Assembly (NCBI GenBank): GCA_963820525.1
Contig: CAWGAA010000003.1
Span: 544,001 to 608,000 of the forward strand
DNA: 64,000 nt
Origin: an uncultured Spirochaetota bacterium
GTDB lineage: Bacteria; Spirochaetota; Spirochaetia; SZUA-6; Fen-1364
Direction: 5' to 3'
Below the pieces are notes generated by a model, which did no database searches, was not told the DNA's origin, and saw nothing but the letters and a program-made list of their open reading frames with translations. Position numbers and translations under genes: made by a program. Positions 19,362-28,477 of the stretch are shown here, piece after piece. Within the stretch, counting starts at the first letter, position 1. Every line of letters starts with the position of its first letter.

Positions 19362-20558
19362 ATGGCCGACGTTGTGGATTATGGCATTGACAGGGCGTAC
19401 AAGAAGGAAACGGAAAGGTACCTCGACTTCCAGCTCGGCCACATCGCAGAGAAGATTCTCCTGGTAGACCAGTCGCTTCCCTTCTCGGACGCGCTGGCGT
19501 ATTTCGACAGGGACAAGGAGGTCTCCGGGATCGCCGTGGAGGAATGGGACAAGGTCACCGGGGTCCTGAGCAGGGACAAGGCCCTCGACAAGTCCAGCTC
19601 GCGCATCGAGATGCTCAAGGGCAAGACGGTGAAGGCGTACCTCCAGGACGACACGCTGCGCTTCGACGCGTCGGACTTCTGCGAGAAGGCCTTCTCCCAG
19701 GTCATCAGGATCGAGGACAGGAAGATCAACAACCTGGTGATCTACGAGGGCACGCACTTCCTCGGCATCATCCCCATCAACCACCTCATCCTGCACATCA
19801 ACAAGATCCGGGAGATGGCCTACGAGCACGCCCGCTACATCCAGCAGTTCTTCCTGGACAAGAGCACGAAGAAGGTCGAAGGCATCGAGTTCGCGGACTT
19901 CATCAGGATGGCGCATCAGATCGGGGGGGATTTCTACCACGTCAGGAGGATCTCCGACACCGAATCCGTGTTCGCCTCCTTCGACGTGGCCAGCAAGGAT
20001 ATCGCGGCCTCACTCACCACGGGGCTGTTGAGCTCCTTCTTCTCCATGTACTTCGAAACCCACGCCGGCAACTACGATCCGAAGGAGATGGTGAAGAGCC
20101 TCAACTCGATCCTTGTGGAGCAGACCCCGGCCGATATCTTCGTCGTGGCGCTCGTCCTCTCATTCGACGTGAATCGGCGCGTCGTACGGATCTTCAACCA
20201 CGGGTATTCGCCCCTGTACGTCTGCGCGCCCACGGGGAGCACCACGGCGAGGCTGACGCGGATAAAACCCTCTCTGATGCCGCTCGGGATAAGCAAGGAC
20301 ATCGATTTCGATGCGGGGACCAAGGAGATGCAGGTTGCCCCGCACACGCGATTCTTCATGTGCTCGGACGGGCTTCTCGACGCAATGGATCTCCACGGCA
20401 ACCGCTACGGGGATGAGAAGATAAAGAACTTCGTCATGTCCCATATAACGCTGAAGCCGGACGCGTTCATGAAGGCCCTGGTGGAAGAATATGACGCGTA
20501 TACCAAGGACGCCGTCCAGGTCGACGATTTCACGGCCATCATGATCGAGGTGCAGTAG
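19362..20558 (+). CDS. CBS-pair + SpoIIE/PP2C-type phosphatase
   Basis: SD AGGAGG. N-terminal CBS-like repeats (VTGVLSR; FLGII). PP2C motifs GGDFY, DVASKD, SDGLLD and DDFT. Confidence 0.8.
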   Translation: MADVVDYGIDRAYKKETERYLDFQLGHIAEKILLVDQSLPFSDALAYFDRDKEVSGIAVEEWDKVTGVLSRDKALDKSSSRIEMLKGKTVKAYLQDDTLRFDASDFCEKAFSQVIRIEDRKINNLVIYEGTHFLGIIPINHLILHINKIREMAYEHARYIQQFFLDKSTKKVEGIEFADFIRMAHQIGGDFYHVRRISDTESVFASFDVASKDIAASLTTGLLSSFFSMYFETHAGNYDPKEMVKSLNSILVEQTPADIFVVALVLSFDVNRRVVRIFNHGYSPLYVCAPTGSTTARLTRIKPSLMPLGISKDIDFDAGTKEMQVAPHTRFFMCSDGLLDAMDLHGNRYGDEKIKNFVMSHITLKPDAFMKALVEEYDAYTKDAVQVDDFTAIMIEVQ

Positions 20559-20580
20559 GGGGCTCCCCGCCGCTCTGATA

Positions 20581-20773
20581 CAGCCCCGAAAAGGCGGCCG
20601 GCGCAACGCCTGATGCTCGACCGTGGAGCGCTCCGCAAGGGACAGGGATGCCTTGCCGCCTTCGCGGGCCGGGAGAGGAGCCACCCGGCAACGGATGCGC
20701 CGAAGGTCGTGGATGCGCGGGGCCGGCCACTGCACAGACGGATGCCTATGCGCCGGCCGCCTTTTCGGGGCTG
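20581..20773. mobile_element. 193-bp element with perfect 25-bp terminal inverted repeats (MITE-like or structured RNA)
   Basis: CAGCCCCGAAAAGGCGGCCGGCGCA at 20581-20605 and its exact reverse complement at 20749-20773. Intergenic between convergent genes. No target-site duplication seen. Confidence 0.55.
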
Positions 20774-20832
20774 CGGACCCCACGTTGGGCTTGAAAGCCC
20801 ACCCGGGGCATCGGACCCCGGGCGCGCGTGTG

Positions 20833-21453
20833 TCAGGGGCTGCGAGCTGTTGTCTGCTCCAGCTCTCGAATCACCCTGAAGGTATCCTGCAAGACACGGT
20901 TGTACAGCACGCGCGCCTTCCTTGGGTCCCTCCTGCTTACCTCGACGAAGGAATAGAACGCCACCCGAGTCCTGTCGCTTCCCGAGACGATGTTCATCAT
21001 CCGACTCTGGTGGGCGAGGAGCGCCGCGGCGCCGAAACAGTCTCCCGCGCCGTAGCGGTGCTCCTTGTTGTTCTGCGGGTAGGCCATTCCCCGGACCACC
21101 TCGCAGATCGTATCAGCCTCTTCCCCTTTCCTGACGATGACCTCTCCCTTGCTGAAATCCCTGTAGACGACCTGCCCGCGCGCTTCCGCCGGTGAGACGG
21201 GACCCATCCCGATCATCTCGTAATACCCGGCCACCTTGCGTATCTCGGGCTTGGTCAGGGAATGCTGCCGCAAGGCACGCAGCGAGTCGTGCTTTATCAT
21301 TGCCATGCCCCTGGCCATGTTCATGGCTTCGTTCTCCACGTCCGACTCAGTCATCCCCATGATGTTCTGATCGATCTCCAGGCGCGTATTGAAGGGACAA
21401 TGGGGGTGCCTGCATCGCACGGCGTAGACTCCCTTGTTCAATCGGTACGGCAT
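20833..21453 (-). CDS. Cyclic-nucleotide-binding domain protein with N-terminal Cys/His domain, no HTH
   Basis: SD AGGAGG before ATG 21453. FSKGEVIVRKGE..GDCFG..LL...R cNMP fold. CRHPHC at the N-terminus. Confidence 0.75.
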   Translation of the reverse strand: MPYRLNKGVYAVRCRHPHCPFNTRLEIDQNIMGMTESDVENEAMNMARGMAMIKHDSLRALRQHSLTKPEIRKVAGYYEMIGMGPVSPAEARGQVVYRDFSKGEVIVRKGEEADTICEVVRGMAYPQNNKEHRYGAGDCFGAAALLAHQSRMMNIVSGSDRTRVAFYSFVEVSRRDPRKARVLYNRVLQDTFRVIRELEQTTARSP

Positions 21454-21698
21454 CACAATCCTCCTTGCAGCAACCGACAATGCATTGGCAAGATCCATGC
21501 CAGAGAGAAGCTTCCCGCTTTCTTTAGTAATTATTTTCTATATAAACAATTAAAACGTGGAAATACCGACGCCTGCTTACTGACGCATGATATCCGAATT
21601 ACAGCTTTTTGGCTGAGATGTCTCTGAATTACAGATAAGTAACCCGGGAAACCGGATAGAAGTCGGCTTGAAGCAGGAAAAACGGCCTCTATCTTCAA

Positions 21699-23237
21699 TT
21701 ATAAGAGCTCGAGCTCCACCATCTCGATGGCCATGAGCGACACATCGTCATCGAACGAGTCCTTGCCGCGCCATTCGATCACTTCTTTCTTGACCCGAGC
21801 CGCCGCATCTCTGACCTTCCGGGAGATGGTCTCCCCCACGATGAAGATCAGCTTCTCCCGCGAGAAGCGTATCGATCTGGCGTCGGCGCACTCGGTGAGC
21901 CCGTCGGAGTAGAGGAACAGCTTGTCTCCCGGCTCCAGAATCACTTCCGTCTCCGTGGCATCGATATAGCGGGCAAGCCCGACGGCGTATCCCCCCGGGC
22001 GGATCTCCTGGAGAGCGCCGCCCGCTTTTTGAAGTATGGGGTAGGGATGCCCGGCCCGAACGAGGGTGAGCTTTCCCGTCCCGCGGTCGATCACGCCGTA
22101 GCAGATCGTGAAGAACATCTGCTCGCCGCCTCCGTGGAATAGCTCGTTGAGCTTTTCCACGACGCGCCGGGGCGCGCGCGGGTCCGCATCAAGCAGGGGG
22201 AGCCGTTCGGGTTTCGCCGGATCGGGGCTGAGCAGGCGGCTTAAGAGCAGGACGATGGAGGTGGCGGCTACCCCGTGACCCATCACGTCAATGATGTACA
22301 GGCCGAGGTGCCGCTCGTCGATGGAAAAGAAGTTGTAGATGTCGCCGGCGCCGTATGTGGCGGGGATGAGGAACCCGCTCATGCGGAAGCCGCTCTGCTC
22401 GATATCGTCCTTTGGCAGCAGGCTCTTGTGGAAATCCGCGGCGCTCTCCATCTCCCGCGCGATCAGCTCCTGGATCTTGTTGCGCTCCGACATGTCGCGG
22501 AACGTCAATACTGTCCCCTTGATCGTCCCATCCGCGGCGCGGTAGGGCTCCACCCTCACGTCAACCAGGCAGCTCTTCCCGTCCTTGGCCGACAGGATGC
22601 AGCCCCGGAGGTCCGCGCTCTCGCCTCGCGCCGCCACCCTTTCCAGCGGGATGGCGATCGGGACGCGCGTCTTGGAGTCCAGAGCCGAGAGCAGCCGCAG
22701 CGCCGAAACCGATGGCGGCAGGGGCGAGGCGATCCCGAGCAGGAAATGAGCCGTGGCGTTGGCGTACTCGATGGTTCCCACGGGGGAGGTCACCAGGATC
22801 CCGTCCCCGACGGATTGGAGGATGTCGGTGAGCTTTTCCTTGGAGCGGCGAAGCTCCTCCTGAACGGAGGCCTTGTGGAGGGCCATCTTGATCGTGACCT
22901 GGAGGGCTCTTTCGTCGAACGGCTTCAGCACGTAGCCGAAGGGCTCCGTCAGCTTCGCCATTTCCAGCGTATCGGCGTCAGAATATGCCGTGAGGTAGAT
23001 CACGGGCACATGGAAAGAGTTCTTGATGAGCCCCGCGGCGACAATGCCGCTCATCTTTCCATCGAGCCGGATGTCCATGAGCACGAGATCGGGGGCGATC
23101 TCCCTGAACCTCTCCATAGCCTCTTCCCCCGTGGCGGTGATGGCGGGGACTTCATACCCGATCCGCTCGAGATACGTCTTGATGGCTAGGGCCACGAGCT
23201 CTTCATCTTCGACGACGAGTATCCGTGCTTTTCGCAT
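21699..23237 (-). CDS. Response regulator REC-PAS-SpoIIE phosphatase
   Basis: ILVVEDE, LMDIRL, YLTA and LKPF; PAS region; AGDIY, DVMGHG, YSDGLTE and DDVS. Confidence 0.92.
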   Translation of the reverse strand: MRKARILVVEDEELVALAIKTYLERIGYEVPAITATGEEAMERFREIAPDLVLMDIRLDGKMSGIVAAGLIKNSFHVPVIYLTAYSDADTLEMAKLTEPFGYVLKPFDERALQVTIKMALHKASVQEELRRSKEKLTDILQSVGDGILVTSPVGTIEYANATAHFLLGIASPLPPSVSALRLLSALDSKTRVPIAIPLERVAARGESADLRGCILSAKDGKSCLVDVRVEPYRAADGTIKGTVLTFRDMSERNKIQELIAREMESAADFHKSLLPKDDIEQSGFRMSGFLIPATYGAGDIYNFFSIDERHLGLYIIDVMGHGVAATSIVLLLSRLLSPDPAKPERLPLLDADPRAPRRVVEKLNELFHGGGEQMFFTICYGVIDRGTGKLTLVRAGHPYPILQKAGGALQEIRPGGYAVGLARYIDATETEVILEPGDKLFLYSDGLTECADARSIRFSREKLIFIVGETISRKVRDAAARVKKEVIEWRGKDSFDDDVSLMAIEMVELELL

Positions 23238-23332
23238 GGGCATCCCTTCGGCTTTTTTGGGGCCATTAGAATATACCTCGCCGTTTCCGCTTTTTCAGGA
23301 GTTGAGAAAATAAAAATCCCCGCCTCCGGGCT

Positions 23333-25045
23333 TCAGGACTCGGGAAACTCGATCGCGCAGCGCGTCCCGGGAGCCCCCTCCACGCGGATCTCACCATGGA
23401 GCTGCTTCACCAGACGCGCGACGATCTGCGTGCCCAGCGAGCTCTCGCTGGGGAACTCCATGCCGGGCGGCAGGCCGACCCCGTTGTCCGCCACGACCAG
23501 CTGGATCCTTCCCGGCGCGGTCCGGGACAGCTCGACCCTGATCTCGGGGTCAAGCTTTTGCAGCTCGGCGGGAAAGGCATGCTTCAGGGAATTTGTGCAC
23601 AGCTCATTGACGATGAGCCCGCAGGGGATCGCCTGATCGATGCCGAGGTTGATGTTTTCCACCACGGGCACGTAGGAGATGCCGCCGGCCTCGTAGGCCG
23701 CTAAAAGGCGGGTCACCAGGTTTCGAAGATACGTCCCGAAATCGATGCTGCGAAGGTCGTGGGAGCGGTAGAGATCGTCATGGATCAAGGCCATGGAAAA
23801 GACCTGGTTCCTGCAGTCCCTGACGATGGCCTTGAACCCGGGATCCGAGACGCGCACTTCCTTGAGGTAGAGGAGGCTGGAGACGATCTGGAGATTGTTC
23901 TTCACCCGGTGATGGATCTCCTTCAGCAGAACGCTCTTCTCCGCGAGGGATGCCAGCACCTTCTCCTCCGCCCGCTTCCTGTCGGAGACGTCGCGCATGA
24001 TCCCTTCGACACCGCTCTTCTCGCCCCGCTCGTCGAACACGGCGTGGGCGTTGAGGGAGACGTCGAACAGCCGCGAGTCGGGTCCCCGCACCCGAAGCTC
24101 GTAGTCGGAGACCGCCCCGCGGGAGGCCAGCTCCCTGCCCATCGTCTCCCCGGCTACCGTCTCGTCGAAGAAGAACGCCACGGGCTTTCCGAGAATCGCC
24201 TGCGGCTCGTAGCCGAACGTGCGGACCGAGGGGCTGATCAGACGCACGATCCCCTCGGCGTCCGTCCTGAAATACACGTCTTGCAGGGACTCGAAGATGG
24301 CGCGGTACCTCCGCTCGCTTTCGGCAAGCGCCTGCTTGGCCGCGGCCGCCTCGACGGCCTCATGGGATCTCTGGATCCCCACGAACGCCACAGCCGCAAG
24401 CCACGCGTACTCGAGGCTGTAGGGGGAGTTGACGAGCCCCAGGTCGATGGCGAAGCCGTGAGCGAAGGAGGCGCAGATGATGCCCAGGAGCCAGAAAAGG
24501 GACCTCGCTTCCCGACGGTAGCCGTCCCTGGCGTACCGCCAGACCACCCAGAACAGGTAGACGAAGAGCGCCATGCCGGCATAGGTCTGGATAATCGTGA
24601 CGATCCCCGACTCTACCTCCCTATAGACCACCTCCAGGCCGAAGGGAAGGGCCACGCGGCGAACAAGGGGTTTCCCGACGATCCAGGTCAGATCCCCCAG
24701 CCCCGCCGTCTGTGCGGCGATACTCGCGCCGAACCAGGCCATGAAGGAGATGAAAAGGCCGCGCGGCACCCTCTCCGTCTTGCTCGAGAGATACCAGAGG
24801 AAGCACATGGCGATGACGTTGAGGAAGATCGCCTGCGCCCGGAGCCAGGGAACGCTCTCGGCGGGGGCGGACACCGTGTACTCTCCGGCGCAGGCCAGAT
24901 CGTAGACGGCAGCGGCGAAGCAGGTGAGGGCGAACGCGATATCGGAGCGGTGCCCGCGCAGCCGCGACCAGGCCAGGAGCTCGTAGAAGGCAACGGTGAG
25001 GCATGCGGTGGCCATCGCGACGGGCAGGACGAAATACAGGCTCAT
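23333..25045 (-). CDS. Membrane (7TM)-PAS sensor histidine kinase, HisKA_2 type
   Basis: Hydrophobic N-terminal helices, PAS (YFRTD), EIHHRVKNNLQ, NELCTNSLKHAF and DNGVG. Confidence 0.92.
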   Translation of the reverse strand: MSLYFVLPVAMATACLTVAFYELLAWSRLRGHRSDIAFALTCFAAAVYDLACAGEYTVSAPAESVPWLRAQAIFLNVIAMCFLWYLSSKTERVPRGLFISFMAWFGASIAAQTAGLGDLTWIVGKPLVRRVALPFGLEVVYREVESGIVTIIQTYAGMALFVYLFWVVWRYARDGYRREARSLFWLLGIICASFAHGFAIDLGLVNSPYSLEYAWLAAVAFVGIQRSHEAVEAAAAKQALAESERRYRAIFESLQDVYFRTDAEGIVRLISPSVRTFGYEPQAILGKPVAFFFDETVAGETMGRELASRGAVSDYELRVRGPDSRLFDVSLNAHAVFDERGEKSGVEGIMRDVSDRKRAEEKVLASLAEKSVLLKEIHHRVKNNLQIVSSLLYLKEVRVSDPGFKAIVRDCRNQVFSMALIHDDLYRSHDLRSIDFGTYLRNLVTRLLAAYEAGGISYVPVVENINLGIDQAIPCGLIVNELCTNSLKHAFPAELQKLDPEIRVELSRTAPGRIQLVVADNGVGLPPGMEFPSESSLGTQIVARLVKQLHGEIRVEGAPGTRCAIEFPES

Positions 25046-25052
25046 GAACGCT

Positions 25053-25125
25053 ACTATAGTTTGTCCTTCCCCTTTTTCCAACGCCGCACCGATCATTGAC
25101 AGCGGCGGAAGGATGGACCTATCAT
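25053..25125. promoter_or_regulatory. Back-to-back sigma70-like promoters
   Basis: Minus: TTGGAA-17-TATAGT (25081-25053), 7 nt before the kinase ATG. Plus: TTGACA-18-TATCAT (25096-25125), 5 nt before ATG 25131. Confidence 0.6.
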
Positions 25126-25130
25126 CTGCC

Positions 25131-25454
25131 ATGGCAATGAAACGGGGAACGAAAACCGCCCTTATCGTCCTCATCGTCGTCCTTTTCCTCGTCTACGCCC
25201 TGTACTCTCTGGTCGGCATCTCCGTCAAGCCGCCCAAGGACAGCCCCCCCGCGGGCGCCACGATCCTCTTCCTGCGTCGCGGCACCACCCTGCCGTTCCT
25301 CTCTTCCCCGGACAGCCAGAAGCAGAAGGCTCAAGGGGCGCCCTCCGGCACCCTGGTGCCCCTGTTTCCGCTAGAAAACAGGGTCATCGCGCGGCTGCCC
25401 TACAACCGGTCTCTCTATCTTCGGACCACGGGTGGGGTGGAGTTCCTGAAGTAG
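25131..25454 (+). CDS. Small membrane-anchored hypothetical protein
   Basis: N-terminal TM helix (ALIVLIVVLFLVYALY). Ends 2 nt before the next gene. Confidence 0.7.
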   Translation: MAMKRGTKTALIVLIVVLFLVYALYSLVGISVKPPKDSPPAGATILFLRRGTTLPFLSSPDSQKQKAQGAPSGTLVPLFPLENRVIARLPYNRSLYLRTTGGVEFLK

Positions 25455-25456
25455 CC

Positions 25457-27589
25457 ATGGCAGAGAAGAAGCAAGGCTTTCTGGCGCGGCTCTTCAACCG
25501 GCTCGCCGGCAGGGATTCCTTCGAGCTCTCCGTCGGCTCCGTCGCGGCAAAGCTCGTGGAGGCGAACATCTCCCGAGCTGGAGGATCCGATCTGCGCCTG
25601 AGCGCCCGGAGGATCGAGCCTGACGCCCTCATGGCGGAGCTGGGTCCGCTCGGCCCGGCAACCCTCGCCGTCTTTTTCCGCGATGCGGATCCGCCCGATC
25701 TGATTTTTATCGCGCCCGATTCATCGCTGGCCGCTCTGGCCGGCTCAGCGCCGAACCCGGCCGCGAGCGGGAGCGCCGCGGCGGCCGCGAAAGCGTCACC
25801 CGCGGCCAGGGGAGGGATGCCTCCCCTGGCTCTCACGGTCTCGGAGAACCTCTCGGACTTCCTCCACCTGACCCCCGGCTCCCCCCCGTGCCCTTCCAGC
25901 CACCGCTACTTCAAGAAGTACGCGCCGCGCGACGCGGAGGAGCTTTCCTGGAAGGCATCTGCCTGCGTCTCCTACAAGCTTTTCCCGGGAGATGACGAGG
26001 AGAAGCCGGGCCCGAGGCTGTATGCGTGCGTCGAGCAGGGGATCGCCTCGCGGATCGAAGAATCCCTCGCCTCGGACCAGGCCTATCAGAAGGAGGTGCG
26101 CGCGCTGGTGGCTTCCCGCAAAGAGCCGTCTGCCCCGGCGGCGGAGGCCGCAGCCAGTGAAGTCAAGCTCATGGCGCCGAGGGAGTTCGTCGTGGGAAAC
26201 CTCTTCCTTCCCCCGCGAGTTCCCTGCGGGAAACAGGTGCTGGAGTCGCGGCTGGAGTCCGTGTGTCTCGCCGTGGACCGAAAGAGCGCGGGCGAGGCGG
26301 CGGGGAACTGGGTGCTCACCTCCTGCGAGCTGGGGCCCCGCAAATGGCCCGTGTGGTACTTCTTCCCCGCGGCCGAGGCGGGCACACCCGCGCTTTCACG
26401 GGACACGGTGAAGGGCATGGCGAGCTGCATCCTGCGCGAGTCTCTGACCGCTTTGAGCGCAACGCTCGGCGCGCGGGCGGACAAGCCCCAGATCGCCATG
26501 GATTCCCGGCCCAACCTTGCCGGTCAATCCGGGCTGCTCGTGCTCAAGGGCCGCGTGGGGGTGGGCCAGAGCTTCTTCCCCTGCCACATCTTCGTCGACT
26601 ACGCCCTGCTTTCCACCCTCTTGAAGACGTTCATGGATCCCGCGGAGATCGCTACGGCGCCCCGGGGACCTTTCGCCGCGCTTCCCCTTCTGTTCTCCCT
26701 GAACCAGAGCCTCTTTCGGCGCTCCATCGGCAGCTTCCACCTGGCCCTGGTCGGCGCACCGGCGCGCGAGGAGCCGTTCCCCTTTGCCGTCTTCATGGAC
26801 CTGATCCCCGAGCATGACTGCGCCATTGTGCTTCAGAACTACGCGCTTCAGACCGTCGGTGCGCGGGGACTTCGGCGGCTCTTCGGCTACCTGGAAAAAG
26901 GACAGACCCCGGACGGGAAGGCGGTGGCGCGGCTCGTCACTCCGCACTCGTTCGACGAGGCGAGGCTTCTTTCCTTCCTCCCGCAGAAGGCGCGGGAAGA
27001 TTGGAGCCACGCCGAGCGCGAGGTCGCCGGATCCCGGCCGGAGTACAACCGGGCCAACGCCGAGCTTCTCGAGGGGATACATCGCGCCATCAAGAAGAGG
27101 AGCCTCCTGGTTTCGCCGCGGACGCTCGCCGTGCTGGATAGGATGGTGATGCCCGCCGTGCGCGCCAGGGCAAAAGATGAGCTCGCCAGGATCGCGGCGA
27201 GCAAGATCCCCTTCGACACGATCAGGAAGCTGCCCAAGGCCCAGGTGCAGCAGTTTTTCGGCCTCCAGGCGAACAGGGCGCTGTGCCTCAGCCTCCTGGG
27301 CGCCGAGGACGAGCTTGCCTTCATCAACGCCAATGTGAGCAGGAAACGCTTTTCCCAGCTCTCGGAAGACCTGGAGTTCGCGCGCAGGCAGTACCGGGAT
27401 GGGACCATCGAGACGGATGACGTCCTGCGGGCCAAGCGTGAAATGGAAAGCGCGGCGCGCAAGCTGATCGAAGACCTGGCCCGACAGGCGGCCCGCGAAA
27501 GGTCACGCAAGACAGGCGGCGGCGACGGCGGAGAACGCGCGCGCTACAAGGGTTGGGCGCGCTCCAAGCCGCGCCCCGAGCGGGGCTAA
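25457..27589 (+). CDS. Large protein with C-terminal FliG_C-like domain and possible CheC/FliM-like N-terminal domains
   Basis: C-terminus FDTIRKLPKAQVQQFF..ALCLSLLGA..FINANVSRKRFSQLSEDL..DDVLRAKREM parallels the FliG_C pattern. Confidence 0.65.
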   Translation: MAEKKQGFLARLFNRLAGRDSFELSVGSVAAKLVEANISRAGGSDLRLSARRIEPDALMAELGPLGPATLAVFFRDADPPDLIFIAPDSSLAALAGSAPNPAASGSAAAAAKASPAARGGMPPLALTVSENLSDFLHLTPGSPPCPSSHRYFKKYAPRDAEELSWKASACVSYKLFPGDDEEKPGPRLYACVEQGIASRIEESLASDQAYQKEVRALVASRKEPSAPAAEAAASEVKLMAPREFVVGNLFLPPRVPCGKQVLESRLESVCLAVDRKSAGEAAGNWVLTSCELGPRKWPVWYFFPAAEAGTPALSRDTVKGMASCILRESLTALSATLGARADKPQIAMDSRPNLAGQSGLLVLKGRVGVGQSFFPCHIFVDYALLSTLLKTFMDPAEIATAPRGPFAALPLLFSLNQSLFRRSIGSFHLALVGAPAREEPFPFAVFMDLIPEHDCAIVLQNYALQTVGARGLRRLFGYLEKGQTPDGKAVARLVTPHSFDEARLLSFLPQKAREDWSHAEREVAGSRPEYNRANAELLEGIHRAIKKRSLLVSPRTLAVLDRMVMPAVRARAKDELARIAASKIPFDTIRKLPKAQVQQFFGLQANRALCLSLLGAEDELAFINANVSRKRFSQLSEDLEFARRQYRDGTIETDDVLRAKREMESAARKLIEDLARQAARERSRKTGGGDGGERARYKGWARSKPRPERG

Positions 27590-27667
27590 GACCGCTTTCG
27601 ACGCTGGCAATGCGCCCACGGCTCGACTATACTTGTTCGATAGGGAAACGATAGAGGGAGTTTTCGA

Positions 27668-28465
27668 ATGGCGAGAAAAGGCTCGGACACATCGACTATT
27701 CTCGGGATGGCCATCGGCTTTGGGGGCCTCATTGTCGGATTCCTCCTGGAAGGCGGCAAGGTCCTCTCCCTGGTCGGCGTGAGCGCGCTCATCATCATCA
27801 TCGCCGGGACCATGGGCGCCTGCGTCATCTCTTTCAGCCTCAAGGACGTTCTGGGAATTCCCCGGCTCATCGCCAAGTCGATGCGCGCCGTGAGAGGGCC
27901 CAACCCCCGCCTGGTGCAGACGCTTTTGGAGTTCGCCGAGAAGGCGCGCAAGGACGGGATCCTCAGCCTCGAGGACACCCTGGAGGAACTGGAGGACGAG
28001 ACCCTGAAAAAGGGCCTCCGGCTCGTCGTGGATGGAACCGAATCGGAAACCCTCATCGAAGTGCTGGAAAACGACCTGGCCGTGTACGAGGCGCGAATGC
28101 GCGACGAGGCCGGCCTGTTCGAAGCCGCGGGAGGATTCTCCCCGACCATGGGGATCATCGGAACGGTCATGGGACTCGTCCTCGTGCTCTCGCGTCTGGG
28201 GGCGGACACCAAGGAGCTGGGGCACGCCATCGCCACCGCGTTCATCGCCACGCTGTACGGAATCGCCTTCGCCAACCTGATCTGGCTGCCGGTTGCCAAC
28301 AAGCTGAAGCTGCAGCTGAAGTTCGAGCGCATGGAGAAGGAGCTCATCATCATGGGCGTCCGCTCCATCCAGCAGGGCGAGAGCCCCGCGCTGGTGAAGG
28401 AAAAAATAGAAGGATACCTCGAGGAAAGGGATTTGAGGGCGCTGGACGAATCCCGGGCCCCTTGA
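27668..28465 (+). CDS. motA: Flagellar-type stator protein MotA
   Basis: ARKDGILSLE, KKGLRLVVDG, PTMGIIGTVMGL and AFIATLYG..AN..LP. Confidence 0.95.
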   Translation: MARKGSDTSTILGMAIGFGGLIVGFLLEGGKVLSLVGVSALIIIIAGTMGACVISFSLKDVLGIPRLIAKSMRAVRGPNPRLVQTLLEFAEKARKDGILSLEDTLEELEDETLKKGLRLVVDGTESETLIEVLENDLAVYEARMRDEAGLFEAAGGFSPTMGIIGTVMGLVLVLSRLGADTKELGHAIATAFIATLYGIAFANLIWLPVANKLKLQLKFERMEKELIIMGVRSIQQGESPALVKEKIEGYLEERDLRALDESRAP

Positions 28466-28477
28466 ACGGCAGCGTAC

